64,000 nt of DNA from Candidatus Poribacteria bacterium. Its GTDB lineage: Bacteria; Poribacteria; WGA-4E; PCPOR2b. The translations under genes and the position numbers were made by a program. Of this stretch, positions 60,264-64,000 are shown piece after piece. The stretch is from NCBI GenBank assembly GCA_965208675.1, contig OZ242351.1, positions 3,008,001 to 3,072,000 on the forward strand, in the 5' to 3' direction. The notes under the pieces were generated by a model. It was not told the origin of the DNA. It ran no database searches and worked only from the letters and a program-made list of their open reading frames with translations. Each line of letters starts with the position of its first letter. Positions within the stretch are counted from its first letter, which is position 1.

Positions 60264-62186
60264 GTGAATCAAACCTCCACTATCAAAAACAGCGTGGCAA
60301 GCGGTGTTTCCCTCAAAGCGGTGTCGATTGGCATTTTGGTGATGGCAGTCAACGCCTATTGGATTTCGGTCAACGACCTCGTCATAGGGCCGGCGCACAA
60401 CTATATGTCGCTGTTCAGTAACGCCGTTTTTAGCCTCTTTGTGCTGATACTCGCCAATCTCCTCCTGAAGAAACTCTCGCCGAGATTCGCATTTACTGCC
60501 TCCGACCTATTGGTCATCTATATCATGGTTGTCATGGTAACCACCGTGTCCGGACACCGAATGACCCGGCTGCTAGGAATTCTCGTCCACCCCTTCTGGT
60601 TCGCCACACCGGAGAATGATTGGCGAAATCTTTTCTGGAGTCATATTCCCGAATGGTTCACGGTCGGGGACAAAACCGCCCTGTCCGGCTTTTTTCTCGG
60701 CGAGTCCTCATTCTTCACACGGAAGCACATTGCCGCTTGGCTTGGGCCTATGTTTTATTGGTCGGCTTTTATTTTTGTCGTCTACTTCGTCCTCATCTGC
60801 GTGAACACCATTGTCCAAAAACAGTTCACGGAGCATGAAAGGCTCACCTATCCGATTACTTGGCTGCCGCTGGAGATGGGGCGAGATACATCCACTTTCC
60901 TAAAGAATAAGTTGATGTGGATGGGCTTTGGCATTGCAGCCGGTATTAGTCTTCTCAACGGTCTGCACACCTTTTACCCGTTCGTTCCGCCTATCCCCGT
61001 AGGGTGGCAGCCGCTAGCCTTCGAGGATAAACCGTGGATATACATGGGCAGGACACTCGTATCCTTCCAACCATTCGTCATCGGACTCGCCTTTTTCATG
61101 CCGCTAGACCTCGCCTTTTCCGCATGGTTCTTCTACATCCTAAAAAAAATGACGCAAGTCTTGATGGGGGTATCGGGATGGCACACGCTTTACTTCGACG
61201 AACAAGCACAAGGGGCATGGGTCGGATTGGGTATCCTTGCACTCTGGATCGGCCGCAGACACCTCAAGTGGGTGTTTACGCAAGCCGTCACGGGCAAGCC
61301 GGCAACAGATGACCCCAGTGCGCCTATGCAGTATCGAACCGCCTGTTGGGGCATCATGGCTGGATTGCTCGTTCTAATCTGGTTCGCCTATAAATCCGGT
61401 CTTTCACTTTGGGCACTTCTGCTTTTTTGGGGAATTTACGGTTGCGGCGCCATTGGCGTGACGAAAATCAGGAGCGGATTGGGCTTGCCCGTTCATGAAA
61501 TGCTTTGGATTGATCCCGCCCGGACGATGGTGACAGCTATGGGAACTCGGGTATTTGCCCCGCGAAACTTGACGGTGCTCTCCTTCTTCTATTGGTTGAA
61601 TCGTGAACAGGTTGCCCATCCAATGCCAAATCAACTCGAAGCCTTTCGAATCGGCGAGCAGTCCAATATTGATAATCGAAAACTGTTGCGGGTGATAATT
61701 CTAACCCTTGCTGTTGGGATACCGGTGACCTTTGTGATATACCTCAGCTATCTGTATAAACTCGGTGCCGTCAGCTCAGGGTCGTACATCGTGGGGATAG
61801 GGAGGGAAAGCTTTACTTGGCGGCTTCAACCGTGGTTAAGTCTTCCAACGACACATGACTATTTTACGATGAGCGCCATGGGGCTCGGTTTTGGTATCAC
61901 CGGTTTTCTGTTAGCTATGAAGATGCGGTTTCTCTGGTGGCCCTTTCACCCGGTCGGCTACGTATTGGGGGTAAGTCCGGGCGAGATGGTCTATGTTTGG
62001 GTGCCTGTTCTTGTCAGTTGGGCGCTCAAGTTCGCCATCCTCCGCTACGGCGGGTTGAAAGCCTATCGCGGCGCCATCCCGTTTTTTGCCGGCTTGATAC
62101 TGGGCGACTACTCCATGGGCTGCATTTGGAGCATTATCAGCGCGGTATTCAAAATAAACACGTACAACATGGCATGGCACGGCTAA
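60264..62186 (+). CDS. DUF6785/DUF6784-type membrane protein (paralog of 43263-45188)
   Basis: FWFATPENDW; EHERLTYPI; HPMPNQLEAF; RFLWWPFHPVGY; PFFAGLILGD. Confidence 0.75.
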   Translation: MNQTSTIKNSVASGVSLKAVSIGILVMAVNAYWISVNDLVIGPAHNYMSLFSNAVFSLFVLILANLLLKKLSPRFAFTASDLLVIYIMVVMVTTVSGHRMTRLLGILVHPFWFATPENDWRNLFWSHIPEWFTVGDKTALSGFFLGESSFFTRKHIAAWLGPMFYWSAFIFVVYFVLICVNTIVQKQFTEHERLTYPITWLPLEMGRDTSTFLKNKLMWMGFGIAAGISLLNGLHTFYPFVPPIPVGWQPLAFEDKPWIYMGRTLVSFQPFVIGLAFFMPLDLAFSAWFFYILKKMTQVLMGVSGWHTLYFDEQAQGAWVGLGILALWIGRRHLKWVFTQAVTGKPATDDPSAPMQYRTACWGIMAGLLVLIWFAYKSGLSLWALLLFWGIYGCGAIGVTKIRSGLGLPVHEMLWIDPARTMVTAMGTRVFAPRNLTVLSFFYWLNREQVAHPMPNQLEAFRIGEQSNIDNRKLLRVIILTLAVGIPVTFVIYLSYLYKLGAVSSGSYIVGIGRESFTWRLQPWLSLPTTHDYFTMSAMGLGFGITGFLLAMKMRFLWWPFHPVGYVLGVSPGEMVYVWVPVLVSWALKFAILRYGGLKAYRGAIPFFAGLILGDYSMGCIWSIISAVFKINTYNMAWHG

Positions 62187-62328
62187 TAAGCCAGACTTGC
62201 ACCGGCGCGCGGTAGGCAGCTAGATCACGCAGCAGAACAGTTCCACAGAAAAAGAGTTTCGGGTTGGAAAACCCGACTCACCGGCTCAAAATTTAAGCTA
62301 GCCGGATTAAACCTTTACTTGCCCGTGC

Positions 62329-63408
62329 TTAGACCGTTGGCAGTGCAGGTGCAACATGCTTCGCCAGCAATTCCATTGAGCGCATCCACTTGGCTTTGTC
62401 ATCCCAGTCATGCGCCATCATCAGGAGTGTGCCAAATCCACCGGTAACGTCCCACAAGTCATGCAGTTGCCGAATGCATTCGTCCACATCTCCGATGATG
62501 CAAAGGTGTTTTAGGACGTATTCCGGTGTCACCTCGTCATCGGGTATGTCCAAATCGTGCTTCATCAAGTTCAACACATTTCTCGCCCTTATAACTGAGA
62601 TGAGGTAGTCGAACGATCGGGCAAACGCGCCATTCAGCGCGTGATTCCAGGCATCTTCGGTCGATTCGCCAACGAAGATGCTGCGCGCTACACGCCAGAT
62701 GGATCGGCCAGGGGGCGGGCGGTCCGCCTCTTCAGCGCCGGCGCAGTACGTTCGCCAGTGCTCAGCGACCGTTGTCGCAGCAGGCACGATATTCGTGCTC
62801 AGGGGCATATAGCCGCGCTGGCCAGCCATACGGCACGCCAGCGACTCGCCTTGGGTTGCGCTCATCGCGAGCGGCGGATGCGGTTTCTGATAAGGTCTGA
62901 GCAATTCGCCTATCCCGCGCTCGGGAACAGGGTTTTCGATTTTGATATGCCAATATTGCCCCTTGAAGTCGAAGGGCGCTTCGGCTTGCCACAACTTGAG
63001 AATCATATCGATGCCTTCGACCGTCATCAGCCCCTGCGTCTTTCGGTCCGGCAGGTTGAACAATTCCGAATCGGTCGCTATCCCGGACTGGCCAAATCCG
63101 CAATTTATGCGGCCGCGAGACAGATGGTCGAGGAACGCGAGGCGGCCGGCGACGTTAACTGGATGATGGTGGGGAATTATCGATACGCCGGGGCCAAGGC
63201 GGATGTTCTTCGTGTGCGGCAGCACGTTGGCTATAAAAACATCGTTAGATGGGATGGGTTCCTAGGCAATCGTGTGATGTTGGCCGACCCACGCCTCCGT
63301 AAATCCAAGCTTGTCGGCATGAACAACCAACTCAATGTCTTCTTCGAAACATTGTGTACGGTCCTTCTCCGGCGGGTGTAATGGCATCATGAACAACCCC
63401 AATTTCAT
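62329..63408 (-). pseudogene. Luciferase-like (LLM) flavin monooxygenase with an in-frame TAG at codon 49
   Basis: GGAGG + MKLGLFMMPLHPP...DKLGFTEAWVGQHHTIA*EPIP...LDHLSRGR; TAG at 63262-63264. Confidence 0.8.
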
Positions 63409-63768
63409 CGTATAGCCTCCCCTTCAATACACGCTATTTCTCGCCGTTCCTTAGCAATCCGTGGAAAATCGTATTATCAACATACGAATAATATCATAAC
63501 CCAACAGTAAGTATCAATCACAATGATCGAGAGTTCTTGTAGGTTGGGTTACCCGCCATCGCCCGCCATCTTTCCAGCCTCCCCTCCTTCCAGGCATTTT
63601 TCTTGCCCGCTTCTAATATAGAAAGTCTCGGCCGCCATTTGCCTCCTAGATTCGGATGGCGGAAGTTGACACCGCCACCTCCTTTTGCTAGTATATGACT
63701 ACCGAACGCATTAAAATCACCGTGCACCGAAAAAACTGTGTGCCGTGCCGCTAACGACTGACAACCCT

Positions 63769-64000
63769 ATGGGTGCAGAGCTAGAAACAACCACCGAACA
63801 CTCCGAGAATTTCCTCTCACTGGACCTTGAAGTCGGTGTCAAAGACCGCCGTATCCACGCCTTCGCAGCAATACGCCCAGATAGGGCGCAGCCACTAACG
63901 CGCCGCCCGTCGAGCAACGGATTGGACGCTGCATTGGCAGAATTAGACGAATTTGCCGACGGCGTAGATTTCCTACTCGGCCACAATCTTATCGATTTCG
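63769..64000 (+). CDS. Partial gene with an N-terminal DEDD-exonuclease-like domain, as in large RecQ-family helicases
   Basis: FLSLDLEVG...IHAFAA...FLLGHNLIDF; open to the window end. Confidence 0.6.
   Translation, partial: MGAELETTTEHSENFLSLDLEVGVKDRRIHAFAAIRPDRAQPLTRRPSSNGLDAALAELDEFADGVDFLLGHNLIDF

Overview
This 64-kb bacterial window has hallmarks suggesting Candidatus Poribacteria or a related lineage (inference). These are secreted proteins with FlgD-Ig 'YPNPFNPETWIPYQL' or 'xWGEIK'-type tails, DUF6785-type membrane proteins and many GTAG-type REP palindromes. The right third is mostly housekeeping: a TPP-riboswitch-controlled thiC-thiO-thiS, guaA, pcrA/uvrD, gatC/gatA, an S41 protease and hisF. 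The left third holds a small defence-like island (AbiTii, Ser/Thr kinase, decayed antitoxins), a TonB-dependent receptor, a BCCT transporter with a putative porin, and a HEPN gene pair bracketed by ~300-bp direct repeats. The most unusual part is ~20.8-36.3 kb, a co-oriented (minus-strand) array of roughly 30 short, mostly secreted or membrane genes and gene fragments, with no integrase, transposase or phage structural gene that I could recognise. It is stitched together by reused DNA modules. (A) An A-tract + GC hairpin + 'ACAACCCTTACAAAGGAGATTTACG-ATG' leader. (B) A 17-nt 'ATGAAAnnnCTGATTAG' junction that starts one gene and supplies the stop codon of the previous one. (C) A ~90-nt structured repeat, one copy of which has tRNA-like ends. 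(D) A shared hairpin/RBS segment. Paralogs, chimeras and pseudogenes are common in the array, and a TGT-ended triple-repeat site resembling a transposon end or res site lies just outside its transcriptional start. I propose, as inference, a repeat-mediated gene-cassette shuffling region that is not an integron. Family names are from recalled motifs; no database search was run.
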